Shown: positions 15,451-28,584 of the stretch, in pieces | How positions within the stretch are numbered: the first letter of the stretch is position 1 | How the letters are laid out: each line of letters begins with the position of its first letter | Notes under the pieces: generated by a model | The model's database searches: none | What the model was told of the DNA's origin: nothing | What the model saw: the letters and a program-made list of their open reading frames with translations, nothing else | Assembly (NCBI GenBank): GCA_038496445.1 | Contig: JALMLS010000354.1 | Location: 62,001 to 126,000, forward strand | Source: Trichosphaerium sp. ATCC 40318 | Lineage: Eukaryota; Protista; Tubulinea | Length of the DNA: 64,000 bases | Direction: 5' to 3' | Translations under genes and position numbers: made by a program

Positions 15451-16881
15451 TTACTGCGTGCGCTTGGCAAATACGTGTCTAACTTGTTGTAATATACCCC
15501 TTTTGTTGCAGTCATAAGAAGTGAGTTTAAAGGCGCGTGGTACCTTTGAGTTGATCGTTTATATTTAGAGTTGAATCTGTGCCACTCCCATTCAAATTCA
15601 GGATAGAAGATGCCCAGCAGTTTTGGATAGTAAGGGAGTAACCCTGATCCACCAGATTTTGCAAGCTGCGTGTTTGTAATGTTGTACCTAAGGTGAAATT
15701 GTAATTAAATTAAAAGTGCTCACAAAACAGTTCATTACCATTGTGTAGGGTGAGTAATATTCATACGACTCTCCGTTGACAGAATAAAAGACAAGATATT
15801 GTCCGGTTCACACCAAAACCCTTTAGGAACAAGCCGAGACTGAGTGCTAGCGACCGTTAATAATGACATTGATGTCGTTTAAATATAGCATACTGAAACT
15901 TGACATTCTGCCAGGCAAACCTAGGATATAGGGACTGCAGTGTAGTTTTTAAAGACCATTTATGCCTAAAATTAAATGACCTACCAGAAACAGTAAAAAT
16001 AGCTAGTTACCTGGACAAAATCGGAGCACCTCCTGCATCCATCACTTGGCGCACAGTGGCGTTCGGCCAGTCCTCTAGGCAGTTGATTCCTAGTGAGTGT
16101 GCTATATCTTCAAACTTTGCAAGTTGTATTTGTACGCTCTTAAACCTTCGCTTGTGTCTAGAACACGTGAGTCCTAAACACCTCTTGGTAACGTACTTAA
16201 ACTTGCTCCATTGCCAGCCATTATAGTGAGGATATATGCAACGTAATGCCTCTGGCAGGGATCGTCCATATCTGTTTGTAGATCCTTAGTAGCCAGAACG
16301 AGCTTGGCTATTCTGAACAACGTACTTGTGAAGCAAACCACCTAGACCTACAGGCTCAACTTGTTCGACTGATATTGACACCCAATCATCAAGCGTTTTA
16401 ATCTCAAGTTTCTTACCAGCTTCATTGAACCTTTGTAGCTGTTTTTCAAGCGTATTCCATATCACCGAATTGCTACAGATGCTCAGCTGTCATATTTTGT
16501 TTTTTGGTGCGTTTTACCTCACTCTCATAGAATCCCAGGTGTGTTGGGGGTATACCAGTGATAGTGTGCGCTGAAGGGATTGTTTATACAGGTTTCTGCA
16601 GTCAATAAGCGTTTATACCAGCAAAAACCTTACAATTTAGGCCTCTTGTTAGGCACAGACTGTTTTACTTGGTCGCATGTCTTCTCTATCCAATCATCAA
16701 ACTGATAGACGCGTAGTTTAGCCGCAACTATTTCCATCACGTCCCTTCGGTACTTGTCGTTTGTCCATGTCGCATTTGGTACCTTTTCTGATGAAACAAG
16801 GCGAGAACCTTTTGACAGCCCAACTTTAGTTTTCAGGCGTATAAAATGAGTACTAGTACCTAGGCTGTTGTAACGGCTCAT
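15451..16881 (-). CDS. Paralogous tandem-repeat protein (4 x ~75-aa repeats) lacking the nuclease domain; possible mitochondrial presequence
   Basis: MSRYNSLGTSTHFIRLKTK... then KLRVYQFDDW, KLEIKTLDDWVSISVEQVEPVGLGGLLHKYGRSLPEALRCIYP, LGINCLEDW..AGGAPIL, MNITHPTQWYNIT..SGGSGLL..FYPEFEW. Ends shortly after KRSTQR; an alternative short last exon to about 15349 is possible. Confidence 0.75.
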
Positions 16882-17017
16882 GACATTGGGTTGCTTTAAG
16901 CCATGGGTAAGTTGATTTAAGTTTCGCCAGTTTGTAAGTGTCAAACACGTTAAGCGAACGAAAAGTTGGCGAATTCTCTCTTCTTACATTCTAGTTAAAT
17001 ACACCAACTAACGCATC

Positions 17018-18458
17018 ATGAAAAGAAAGCGCAGTGAAGCATCTACAGCCGCCAAAGCCAAAAAGCAAAAGAAAACAAAAGCTGTAAAGCCAGACACAGC
17101 TCTATTAAAGCAGATTGACGAACTACTAGCAAAATTGAACAAGAACAATACCAAAGTGTTGCAAGAGGCACAAGATTTGGCAACAGCGGATATTGAAACC
17201 CTCCGACGAACATGGGACGAAACGGGCGTACTGGTGCTAAAAGATGCTATGAGTGAAGGTAGCTTGAGAAGGGCCAAGGCAAATCTGTTCACTTGCATGT
17301 CTCTCATGACTTTTGATTGTAACGACGCCAACACAGTTAAGGAGTACAAAGAGGAATACGCCAAGATCAAAGAATCAATACCGGAGGAAGACAAGAAGAT
17401 ACTAGCATTTAACGCTTTTCGAAATTCCAAAAATGGATTTGGAAACGTAGCATTCAGCTACATTGGATTGCAATATACAGACCTTTCAGATACTCATAGG
17501 ACAACTATAGAATCTATTGATGGAGAAGACGATGTGTACTTTGCTTATAATCCTGTTTATGCCAACGTCAACATCCGTCTACTATTGGACAATCCAGAAA
17601 CAGCAAAATTCATCCTAAGACTTACTGACTTTGACAAAGACCTACGTCGCATGATATCATGGGACAGCGCAAAAGTGGCTAACTTTCCTAGACCTAAGCC
17701 TAAGGTAAATCAGTCCAGGAATATATGAAGTAGCTAACTAAAGATAATAGGACATGACAAAGCAAGCAGCAACGAAACGACACTTTGACATTTACAACAC
17801 TGAAACATCAGCTGGTATACAGCGCACACAAGCCATCTTGGTTAACGAAGGAAGGGTCAAGTTAGGTTACGTACCTTTTACGAACAATGAAAACGTGAAG
17901 GCGTTAATCGAGCAGTACCTGGGGAAGAAAAAATTGTACGAAAGGCGAGGGTTTATAGGACTTCCAAACAATGCTGTTGGCGATGCACTGGGAGCTGTAC
18001 TTGATAAATATTGGATGGCACCTCCTAAAAATGCACTGGTAGTATGGAAGTCGTCTGTGTTTCACTACGAAGGTACCACAAAGCCTGTACCTGACAAATG
18101 CGGACTCTTCGGATTGCAAAGCGCAAAAGAGATTGCTTCGAATCAAATGTTATACCGCTTTGTCATTGGCACGCACAAGCCCAAACAGATATCAGACAAG
18201 GGTCATATTAAAGCGGCGAAAATGGCGAAATCAGGCTTCATACCTGACTATTACTTTAGCCACAACAAGGGAACATGCGTTTGGCCAAACATCGTCAACT
18301 CGAAAACAACCCAGTGGAAAAAAACAAGAAATTTTCTGCCAAGCGAGAAACAAAAATTTGCAACTGCTGTAACGGACTATGCTAAGTATGAATCTCTTAC
18401 TAAACTAGAGCGCCACCTTCTCGGTGACTTTCAAACAAATAACATTGATGAGTTGTAA
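17018..18458 (+). CDS. Putative 2-oxoglutarate/Fe(II) dioxygenase (PhyH-like fold) with N-terminal NLS; single intron 17705-17750, ~464 aa
   Basis: Two long ORFs joined in frame by a 46-nt GT-AG intron. MKRKRS..KKQKK NLS; WDETGVLVLKDAMS; HxD motif (RHFDIY); distal His in APPKNALVVWKSSVFHYEG. Confidence 0.65.
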
Positions 18459-18513
18459 TCCTCATCTTTGTGAATAAAAAAATTAGATTGTTATTTGATC
18501 TTGTACAATTTGG

Positions 18514-20617
18514 TCATGTTTTTGCCACCTTGTTAAATATAGCGTGTTTCATAACAGCTGCGCCTATTGAAGGAAACGTATATGTAACACCTCTCATCAA
18601 GGTTGCAGCAATGCCTGGGCTGAGGCGTGCATCGTTCTACTCAAGTTAGCTGGCTTAAAAAGTACAGATTGGTGACATACATTTTGCTCTGCAACGAATA
18701 TTTTAGAAGCCAACTCAACGGGTGTCATGCGTTTAGCTTCTCGGGAATTATCTGGACTACAATCGCGAGCTTGTTGAGTTCGTGTCGGTCCAGGATAGAC
18801 GGTTAAGGTGTTCCATCCAGCAACACGAAGATTTCTACAATTAAAAACGGTCATATCTCAAAAAAACAAAACAAGATCTGTACCTGGATAATGCAGCTAC
18901 AGCACATTTTGTAGCAGCGTAAACAGATGCCCCAGGATATGTCACAAATCTAGCGAGTGATGAAATATAGATGTGCTTAGCGTTAATAGTAAGTAAGTTT
19001 CTTGAAGCCAATAAAGTCGACAATACTGTTGGTGCTATTAAGTTAACACGTATTGTGAGCAAATGTCGGGAAATGTCAATGTCTTCAAAAGATCCAACAA
19101 AGTTGACTCCTTTAACAAGAATGGATTAGAGAAACTCTATTATTTCAGAAAACAAGTACCAGCATTGTGTACAAAAACATCAACAGGATCAGTGGCCCCA
19201 AGTGTTTCAATGATACTTTCAAGATCTTTTTGCAACGACAGATCAGCTGTAATGCGTTTTATGCTATCGTCGGCTTCTGATCCTTCCCAATTTATATCAA
19301 TGCCTGTAACCACATACCCTTCTTCCTATTAAACATTAACATTCCAGTGGTAGTCCACAACCAGTCTTACCAAGTATCTGTTAGCTATTGCAGCACCAAT
19401 ACCTTTTGCAGCGCCTAAACATATTAATCCACGTGTTCCCACATACCCCAGGGCATTACCTGTAACGACGCAGTGTTTGACATCTGACACAGGAGGAGGA
19501 TTATCATTTTGCGTTGCCAGTAGAGCTCCGGCTGTAGATTTTTTGTGCTTGTAAGCGAGCAACCCTTCTAAAGAGTAATTGTGAATAATAAAGCCGTTTG
19601 TGAATATGATAACGCACCTAACCAATTACTTGCAGAAAATGTGACGCCGACAAGTAGCTTGTTTGTAATGCCCATGGTTAAAGTTTGTTTTGTTGTTCTT
19701 TCAGCAATATACTTTATTTTATTGGCAACTTTATCGGCGCTTGCAAAGTTTTTTGTTTGTTCGGCTGTCATCCCTACCTTGGCATGCATAGTCGTCTATG
19801 AACTATGAAAAACCACAAAAAGGTATTTTTGAGGGTACCTTGGTAGCTGGTGGTCTAATTAGCTGCACCAATACAGGTTGACCTTGCAGCTCTATTGCTA
19901 GGTTCTTTGCAAAGCCTTCAATACCAACTTTCGTGAGACTTGAAAGCAATAAGCTGACTATATGTTACATATCCATACCTGTACACGTTGTACATTGGAG
20001 ATGGTACCCAAGCAGCAACAGAAGAGAAGAACACAATGCGACCATGAATATTCTCGTGAACCGTGCTCCCACTATCACTTTGAATCCGCAAATAAGGGAG
20101 AAGAGCTGAAAACGAAACGTTATTTCTTTCTTCAAATTGTTCACGTGACACGTGCCCAGAGTGATTGCAACAGGAGCAACAAAATTTGTGTTTATCATAG
20201 CTATGATGGAATCAGCCGATTGATCAGATTGGTGCCCGATCCAAGCTGTTGCTGCATTATGAAAGAGTACGTTGACGGCCTTGGAAATGATTTAGCGAGA
20301 CTTCAAAACATTCATTGATCAACTTGATCACATGGAGGCACTTGCGCTTATTTTCTGTTCTTCAAGAAACGCTACAATCGTCTGTGCGCAAGTGGGTGAC
20401 GCCAGATCGACTTGGCAATACGTTTCAGGCGTAAATATAGTTTGAAGGTCAGCGTCTTCACCAATAACATCAAGGAGCTCTCGACGGCCCTAAAACAGTA
20501 AATATGCAATACTTGCGCTATTTTGCGCACGATTAACACCAGGGGTGCGGTGCCGTTGTACAACCGTGCTAATGACAGTCCAATACCGCTCGTAGCGCCA
20601 GTTATAACTACTGCCAT
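18514..20617 (-). CDS. Tandem (two-domain) short-chain dehydrogenase/reductase
   Basis: Domain 1: VVITGATSGIG..SSVAAW..YNVY..SK. Domain 2: VVTGAAKGIG..HNAG..SSLARFVTYPGASVYAATK. Stop TGA at 18514-18516. Confidence 0.85.
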
Positions 20618-21176
20618 GATTACACGAGAATACAGTGAATAATAAACGAAGATTACCCGTGTTGACAGAATTTTTACACCAGACTGCAGTTGTGGACGCT
20701 TCCAGTACAAGAGCGATCACCAATAGGTAAGCCAAGGAAGTAGACAAACCGACATATAAACTCTGAGAGAACCTAAACATTTTGAACAGTTGTAAGTCAT
20801 TTAACAACCGCGCCTCTCTTACTGTACATTGTGTTACCTTGTTTTGCGCTTGTTTTGACGTTACATCAGTATTTCTGGTACAGCAAACTTCTACGACAAT
20901 TGAGAGCTACTGGTAGCATTAAAACTGCGGAATGTAGTACTACAGCGCCAAATGTAATTAAATGGATGTACGCGTGGTGTAGTTAAGTCAACAACCATCA
21001 TTTCGCGCCAAGCAACAAACCACAAGTTACGTCAAATACACCACTTCATGACAGAATGGGTACGCTTTCGGTTTTTTTGAAAAAAAAATAGTCGTTGGTT
21101 TTGGTTTTTGATTAAACCACCTTACAAACGTATAAAAACGCTTCCACACTATTTCTAAGCTACTTTCCCTATAGAA

Positions 21177-24100
21177 ATGAGTGTAGCGCAAAACATATCA
21201 CCCCACAATGCGTTCAATACAACAACCGCACCCGCAGTAGGCGAAAAACGCAAACTAACTGATGAAAGTAATCAAAAACTTACAAACGCCAACCAGCCAC
21301 TAGTCAACAACGCAGACCCTGAAAATACGGATTCCAAAAAGCGAAAACTACAGGCTAGCTACTCTGCGGTATCTCCTATTGCCTCCAAAAAACAAAAAAC
21401 AATGACTCCATTATTGGCAAACCAAGCGATGCCCAATATCCTTGCCACAAGATCTGTCAATATACCAGGAGCCGTCTTCTCCACGTGCAACCAAACAACA
21501 ATCCAATCCGTACAGCCTATGATGCAATCGCCGGTACAGCCATCCTCGATGCCACCAGCGCAGTACATGCCTGTCATGGCAGCTCCACAACAACAAGCAT
21601 ATGTACAAATTCCAACAGGTAAACCCTTTCTTTGACTCAAATACGACGTACTTACAGTGTAATGTAGGATATGTACCGGTAGCAGTACCTGTTGCTCAGC
21701 CAATAACACACTCTATGTCTCCACCACCCAAGAAACGACGGCGGTTAACGCCTCAAGAAAAGGTGCGTTCTTCACTAAGGTTACTTTTAAAGAAAATCTT
21801 ATCGAGTATCACAACGCATTTACCATCCCACAGGCAGCACGAGATGCTGAGAAGCTGAGAAAACAAGCTGAGAAGGAGCAAAAAAGGATAGAGCGAGAAG
21901 CCAAGAAAGCCAAGGAACTTGCTGAAAAGGAAGCCAGGGTAAGGACACACTCGAACACAGCATGTTAGCAAAATCTCATAGAAATATTTTTGTAGAGGCT
22001 AGAACGTTTAGAAAAGCAACGATTGAAAGAAGCAGAAAAAGCACGCAAACAAGAGGAGCGTGAAAAATTACGAAAGGATAGAGAAGAAAAAAAGAAGCGT
22101 TTAGGTAACCCTTTCACCCACTCCTTTAAATTTTATATCTCTGCTCTCGCACTCACAACATCCACCATTCAGAGTTAGAAAAACAAGCTAGAAAAGAGGA
22201 GAAGGAGGCCGCAAGGCAGAAACGAGAAAAAGAGAAGCAGGAGAAGGAGGCGGCTCGAAAGAAGAAGGAAGAAGAAAGACAAAAACAAATCCAAGAAAAG
22301 ATGCTAAAAGAACAACAGGAGAAGCAGTACGTAGAAATTGCTTATGTTTGCCGAAGACCAAAATAAAATTAATGAACGTACTTTATAGGCAGCAAGCAAA
22401 AAAACAAAAGAAACAAGCCGCGTTCTTGATGAACTTTGTGAAGAAAGCAGCCAAACCACAACAACAAAGTACGTCGCCATTCGATGGATACTTGCCTTTG
22501 TAGTTGACACGTGTGATTGGTAGGCAATACAAACGACAAGAGATATCACGAAGAGTATGCATCTGTAGGAAAGTTTGGCCGATGGTGTCCGCCTTCAGGT
22601 GCCGTGATGAATGGTTGCGTGTTGAAAACGAATGCCAAACCTACAGTTTCAGACGACAAATTTTTACAAATGCTGGCAACTTGTACGTCTACTTTTTTTG
22701 ATAACGCAATTCCACTATTATAAAAAACAACACCATGTTTACATGCACCTGCACAGCAAGTCAAGCACCTACACCACCACAAAAGATGTTCGGATCTGGG
22801 TCTAAGAGGCAGTTTGCTAATATTCGAGAAGATCGCATAAAACGAAGAAGACAAAAGTTCTCAGGCATCGTCGATGTTGATAATGGGGTACCCTTAAACA
22901 CTATCACATATAATTATTTTATTTTCTGTTAACTGACCAAAACCGCAATAGGGTGAAGCATCAGAAAAGGTGCGCAAGCTGATATTGGCTGGAAGGATGA
23001 AGCTGATCCAATTTGATAAAACGAATCCAATCACATGTCGAAGACCACCTTACTTTGGCACATATTCCAAGACATCCAATGTCATTACAGCACGTCGCCC
23101 ATTTTCTAAAGACAAGGAATTGCTGGATTACGAAGCGGACAGTGAGGAGGAGTGGCCATCTGAGGAAGAAGAGGGAGAAGACTTGATGGACAGTGACGAT
23201 GAGAAAATCGAAGAAGAGGTTTACGACTACACTGGTGAATTTTTAGTGCCTGATGGATACCTTTCTGGCGAAGAAGGAGACGGTGAGAATGACTTCTTGG
23301 ACCGCAAGCAACTGTTAAAAAAAGTACGATTGCATCAGAACCATTTTTTTTTGGTTTGCACTAAAATACTTAATTTGTATTTTTGGGTTGTTTATTAAAC
23401 ACCTTTGGTGCAAACGTTATTTACTCACCTGCTTCTTTAGCAAAAAACAAGCGAAGCAGTTGCCAAGCCAATAATAATTGGTGTAACTTTCGACATGTCA
23501 AAATTATCAGGTACGTTGTTTATGGGAGTGTCAAGAGAGAGGTCTTAGATTCATTTCTAACATTGTGTAGAATCATCATCTGAACAATACAACCTCTTGA
23601 CAACGCACACCTACGAACCACTGATGGATGTGCCTATAATCGTAATCACCAAAGCAGTAACCAAGACGCCAGCGAGCACACCAAAGAAACCAAAAACTTT
23701 TCCACCAGATGTCGTTAAAGCACTAGCAAAGGTGAGCCCCTATTAAGTCCACATCATGTCAATCAACATTTTGGCTTGAACCCACTGTATGTTGACGATA
23801 CATTGTAGTTGATACAAGGATCATCAGCGAGCCGCACAGAGCTAGCTACAGTATTTCACAAGACGCACTCGACGATTGCGATCAACTCTATTAAAAACAA
23901 AATCTCGAAGTTAGCCACTAAAAAACGACAACCTAATTGGCCTAAAGCGGCATGGACACTCAATGAAGACATACAAGCGCAATTTGTTCGTAGTCAATTG
24001 TTAAACCCAAATTCGTTTAACCTAGTCGCTAGAACATCGAGGACGTAATGGTAGTCACCCCAACCTTGACCGCACAACCTCCTACACCAATGGTATCGCC

Positions 24101-24388
24101 AATGCTCATGATGACCCATATAGCGCCGCCCGTAGCCGTGGCACCAATGGCTGTGACACCAATGGTTGTTACCCCAACTATAACGTCCAGCCAACCAAGT
24201 GCCTCCTCGCCTGCTCTTCAGACTTCACCAAGCAAGGATATCACAGTACGTTCTCAGAACCCCTTTTTGGCCCATTTCAGTCACTTATAGCTGTATTCTA
24301 GTCCTATTTTCAGCCTGGTGGCAGTGCCACTGTGACACCAATGGATATCGATGCTTCAATCCCTCAATCCCGGACTCCGTCTCAGTGA
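21177..24388 (+). CDS. CHAF1A: Chromatin assembly factor 1 subunit A (p150)
   Basis: KER-rich coiled coil (21840-22330), MKLIQF..RRPPYFGTYSK..ARRPFSKD..LDYEADSEEEW, ED-rich tract with FLVPDGYLS, C-terminal winged-helix-like segment. Confidence 0.88.
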
Positions 24389-24537
24389 GTATTGTAAACA
24401 GGAACTGTACATAAAATGGCATGTATTTTTAATGAAAGGGTCAATAATGTTCCTGTAAGTGTTTGTTTTAAGTCTAGACAAATCGACATTAAGCTCCCTA
24501 TAAGCGAGCCATCACAAGCGCATCACATACATTTAGT

Positions 24538-25211
24538 ATGATTACGCGAGCGTGGGTGGCCTCAGTTGGTGTAAGGCCAGAAAGGCGAAAAATGGTCGCT
24601 TCCAAAGCGATCAAAGCTAATTGTTCGCGTACACACCACCTACGCGTGTGCAAAGGTAACACAAGTATGTACGCCCAATTTCGTTAACAAGTCACATTAC
24701 ATTTAACCAAACGCACTCAGCATCAACCGATTTACGATGGTATCGCACAACTACGCTAAATTACGAGGAAGAAGATATGTTCAAGGCATTTGATGAAGCC
24801 CAGGCTAAAAGCATGGTAAAAAAGCCCAGGAGCGATGGCGGCGAATGGCGGTTGAAAGAGCTAAAAACCGCGACATTTGGCAGTGAATTTGAGACGACCT
24901 TCAACAAAAAGGAGGAACTACCTCCAATTCCCAAGACCAAAGCGCCAGCCGAACCTAGCGCTGAACCAAAAAAGCGTAGAAGGAAGACATACGCAGAAAT
25001 AGTGGCAGAGGAAGACGAGCGTCTGCGTATAGCTCATGAATCACCTGACAAACCCGAGCTCGACGAAGACTTGCGCGCACAGTATGACATGATACAGCAA
25101 GAGTATAGAGACAGCCTAAAGCCAAAGCCAAAATCCAAGAAGCCAGGTGATGCCTTAAAACGGCCTGAAATAACACCTCGCCACGAAATACAAGAAGAAG
25201 AGTTGATATGA
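24538..25211 (+). CDS. Hypothetical charged protein, possibly mitochondrion-targeted
   Basis: Arg-rich N-terminal exon MITRAWVASVGVRPERRK.. spliced (GT-AG, ~24656-24720) in frame to ORF 24777-25211. Confidence 0.55.
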
Positions 25212-25384
25212 TTTTTTGCGCCTTCATAAATATATTGACATTGAGGTTTTTTTTTTTTCTCTTTTTTGGTATTTTTGTTGTATTACTATTGTGTGTAGCC
25301 ACGGTGGGATATCAACGCCACAAGCCACCGTTTTGAAAAAAAAATAAATAAAGTGCTCGAAAGCCTTTACTGTGTAATGTTAGT

Positions 25385-27229
25385 TTACTGCTTGTTGGCC
25401 AAAAAATCGATTGCTCGTTTGCGCAAGGCTTTCACCCGGCGTACAACACTGCTCAATTCAGCAACCTCCTCGTCACTCAAGCCTGCAAGGCGTTCAATCG
25501 AACCAACGCCAGCTCCAAGTAGTTTATCTCGCGTCTTTTCGCCAACGCCGTACAGCTGGTCAAGCTTTGACGCGTGTCAGTAACAATTTCACATTGAATA
25601 AAAAAAATTAAAAATTTTTAAAAAACACGTTTGGCGTACAGCTACTTCGTTGGAGGCCTCCTCGGTATTATCCTCTAAGTATTCAACCTCTACTTCTTCT
25701 GTTTCGTTTTGAGGTTCTACATTTTGATGTTGAGTTTGAGTGAGTTCAGTGTCTTGACCTTCTAAATCGACTTCTGGTGCCATCTCATGTTGTTCTGGTG
25801 CCTCTTCCTCATGCTCTACTAGCTCCTCTTCGACTTCAAGTGTTGGAGGTTGTTGTGTTGCACGCGTGTTAGCATGTTGTGTGTTGTCAAAATCGAGCTC
25901 AATATCCATATCTTTGGGTGGTACGGCTGCAGGTTGATCCTCATCATCAAGATCCTCTTCTTCAAATTGCATATCTTGCACTTCATTCTGATGGCCTTGT
26001 GGCTCTGTATCATCCACCGGCTGTACCTGGTCCCTTGTTACAGCATCTAGGTCAAATTGCAAGCCAGGGGCATCGTCCAGCTCAAATTCAGCGTCAACTT
26101 CATTTTGTTGAGCGTCAGCATCAGCCGTGACATCATTCACTTGTTCATCTTCAACTATGATTTCAGATTGTTGTTTTTCGTTTGCCTTTACTTCTACTAC
26201 GTTATCAATTGCATCAAAATCCTCATCGAAATCGTCGAAACCACGCGCGTCAGGTATAACATTATCTGACACGCCGCCTTCTTCCTGTTGTACTTGTACT
26301 TGTTGTTGTTCTTGTTCTACTTCTTCTTCAAGTTGAGGTATTGGTGCTTCTTTCTCTTCCACAGCTTGTTCTTCAACGACACTCGATTCTACAGCCGCTG
26401 CCTCTTGTGGTGCTTCTTCTGCTGCGAGCACTGATCCTCCTCCAATTCAGGTATTTGATGTTCTAGCTCTTCTGTTGCGTGTACTGCCTCTACTGCTTCT
26501 TCTAATGGTTCTTCTCTTCCACAACTTCTTTTGAAACAGGTTCCTCCACGACAGGTTCTACCTCGGTAGGTATAACATCATCAAGGGGTGCTTGTTCTGT
26601 TGCACCATGGAAGTGTCCCTGCTCTTCTTCTTCTGCTACCACATTTTCTTGAGCTGGCTCAACTGAGTTCTCTACAGGCTGCTCACCGGCAACAGTATCC
26701 AACGTATCTGTTGGTGGATTCTCGTCCGTTATGTGTTGAGTTTGCGTGTTTTCTTGTTGTACTGATTTCACATCAATTTGCTCCTCATCCTACACGCATT
26801 ATACTCTGTCGAGGTGAAGTAAACCGTTATTCTTAACAGTGTCGGGTTCGTTCATGTCACACACCTTGTTTTTGCTCAAATTGTGGCTGTCACCAACGCG
26901 GTCCATTGCTGTTGTATGTACCATGTTTGCGGGACCCTTAGCCTGCTTTAAATCCGCTTCAAAATGTGACGGTTGTGTTTCGACCACTACGCTATCAGAT
27001 TGTGTATCTATTGGCGCATTCTTCACAGCTACACGAATAATAAGATTTGACAATAAGTTAGAGCTGTACACCACTAAAAACGCGTACGTGGAGCTGTGGG
27101 CCTATTTTGGCCAACGCCCATGGCGACTAATCGGTCTGTAGCCACTGTAGCAGAACCATAATTGCTACGTGGGTATATCTTTGTAAAGACCGCGTCGCTT
27201 ATTTTCGAGATGAACCGAAACGCATTCAT
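25385..27229 (-). CDS. Long acidic disordered protein with C-terminal helix-hairpin-helix domain; two apparent 1-nt frameshifts at about 26430-26515
   Basis: E/D/Q-rich ORFs 26502-26771 and 25589-26431; last exon LDQLYGVGEKTRDKLLGAGVGSIERLAGLSDEEVAEL (HhH); stop TAA at 25385-25387. Confidence 0.7.
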
Positions 27230-27381
27230 GGGGTCTAAAACGCGAAACACAAGCAGCTTGCTTAAAACTGGTAAAGATACTTAACATCAACAAAAATCAA
27301 AAGCTACACAAGCGTAGTGGTAGGAATAACCACTTGACAATAAAAAAACAGACAGCTTTTGGGATTACAGATTATTTGGGT

Positions 27382-28395
27382 ATGGCTTGGAATTCTTCAG
27401 CAACGACAAACGAAGAACTCGTAAGGAATCTGTGGAGTACGTAAACGGAATGCGCGCTACAGTGCCGTTAACACCCATGGCGTTAATTAGAAAATAAAAT
27501 TATTCGTGACAAACGGGTTTACAACGCTATGCTTGCAGTGGACAGAGCGCACTACTGTAGGACTTCTCCGTACAGCGACAGCCCTCAAGGGATAGGTGTG
27601 GCCGTTGTCCAGCGTCAAAGGTGCGCTAACCACAATAGGCTATAGAGCCACAATATCAGCGCCACACATGGTATGCATCTATACAGTTATGCAACTTTTT
27701 TTATTACTTTTATTGTGCTAACCACGTGATGAAGCACGGGTACTGTCTACAACTATTGTGCAGCATGATACTGCGCCCAAATGCTAAAGTACTGGACGTT
27801 GGTTCCGGTAGCTGTTACCTGGTGGCGTGCATGGGCAGGCTACAGCAGCAGAATCAAATAACAGTACATAGCCAAAAAGTTGAAGTTGAAGTTTTGCCTG
27901 ACTGAACTAGGGCACTGTTGTAGGTATAGATCACATTGAAGAACTGGTTGCATTGGGCACCTCCAATCTTAAAGCGGACGCAGAAGATTTATTGGCAAGT
28001 GGTGCTATACAAAACAAAGGTACGTACCTGTTAGTGGCTCTGTTTTAGAGACAGCTAAAAAAGTTGTAGTGGGTGACGGTTTTTTCGGCTTAGCAGCGGA
28101 AGGGCCTTTTGATTGCATTCACGTTGGCGCAGCTGCACCTAGTACGCTGACAATTGTTTTCTTACTTTACTTACTGCTTAATGGCGGTTACTGACTTGCG
28201 ACTGTAGGCATCCCGGACGCACTGATCGCTCAATTAAAAGTGGGCGGTCGTATGGTTATACCAGTTGGCCCAGACGGTAAAAACCAAGAGCTAACCCAGG
28301 TGGACAAGATGCCAGATGGTACAATAAAAACCAAGACGTTAATGGGTGTAAGGTATGTTCCTCTAGTAGAACACAGGCGATCACGTGCTACGTAA
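27382..28395 (+). CDS. PCMT1: Protein-L-isoaspartate O-methyltransferase
   Basis: [79 protein letters not shown]. Missed by the ORF track because the exons are short. Confidence 0.93.
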
Positions 28396-28584
28396 TGATT
28401 TATACGACCAAGCTTGTTTCAAACACAATAAAGTAGAAGAGCTTGTACGCACTGAGAATAGCCACCCGCCATACATCTGTCCACATCGGTTTTGTAAAAA
28501 ATTTATTGAATACAATCGATTGTTTTTTTTCTGTTTACTGGCCATTGTCTTATAAACGTAAAAGCGGAGAATACCAACGTCCAC

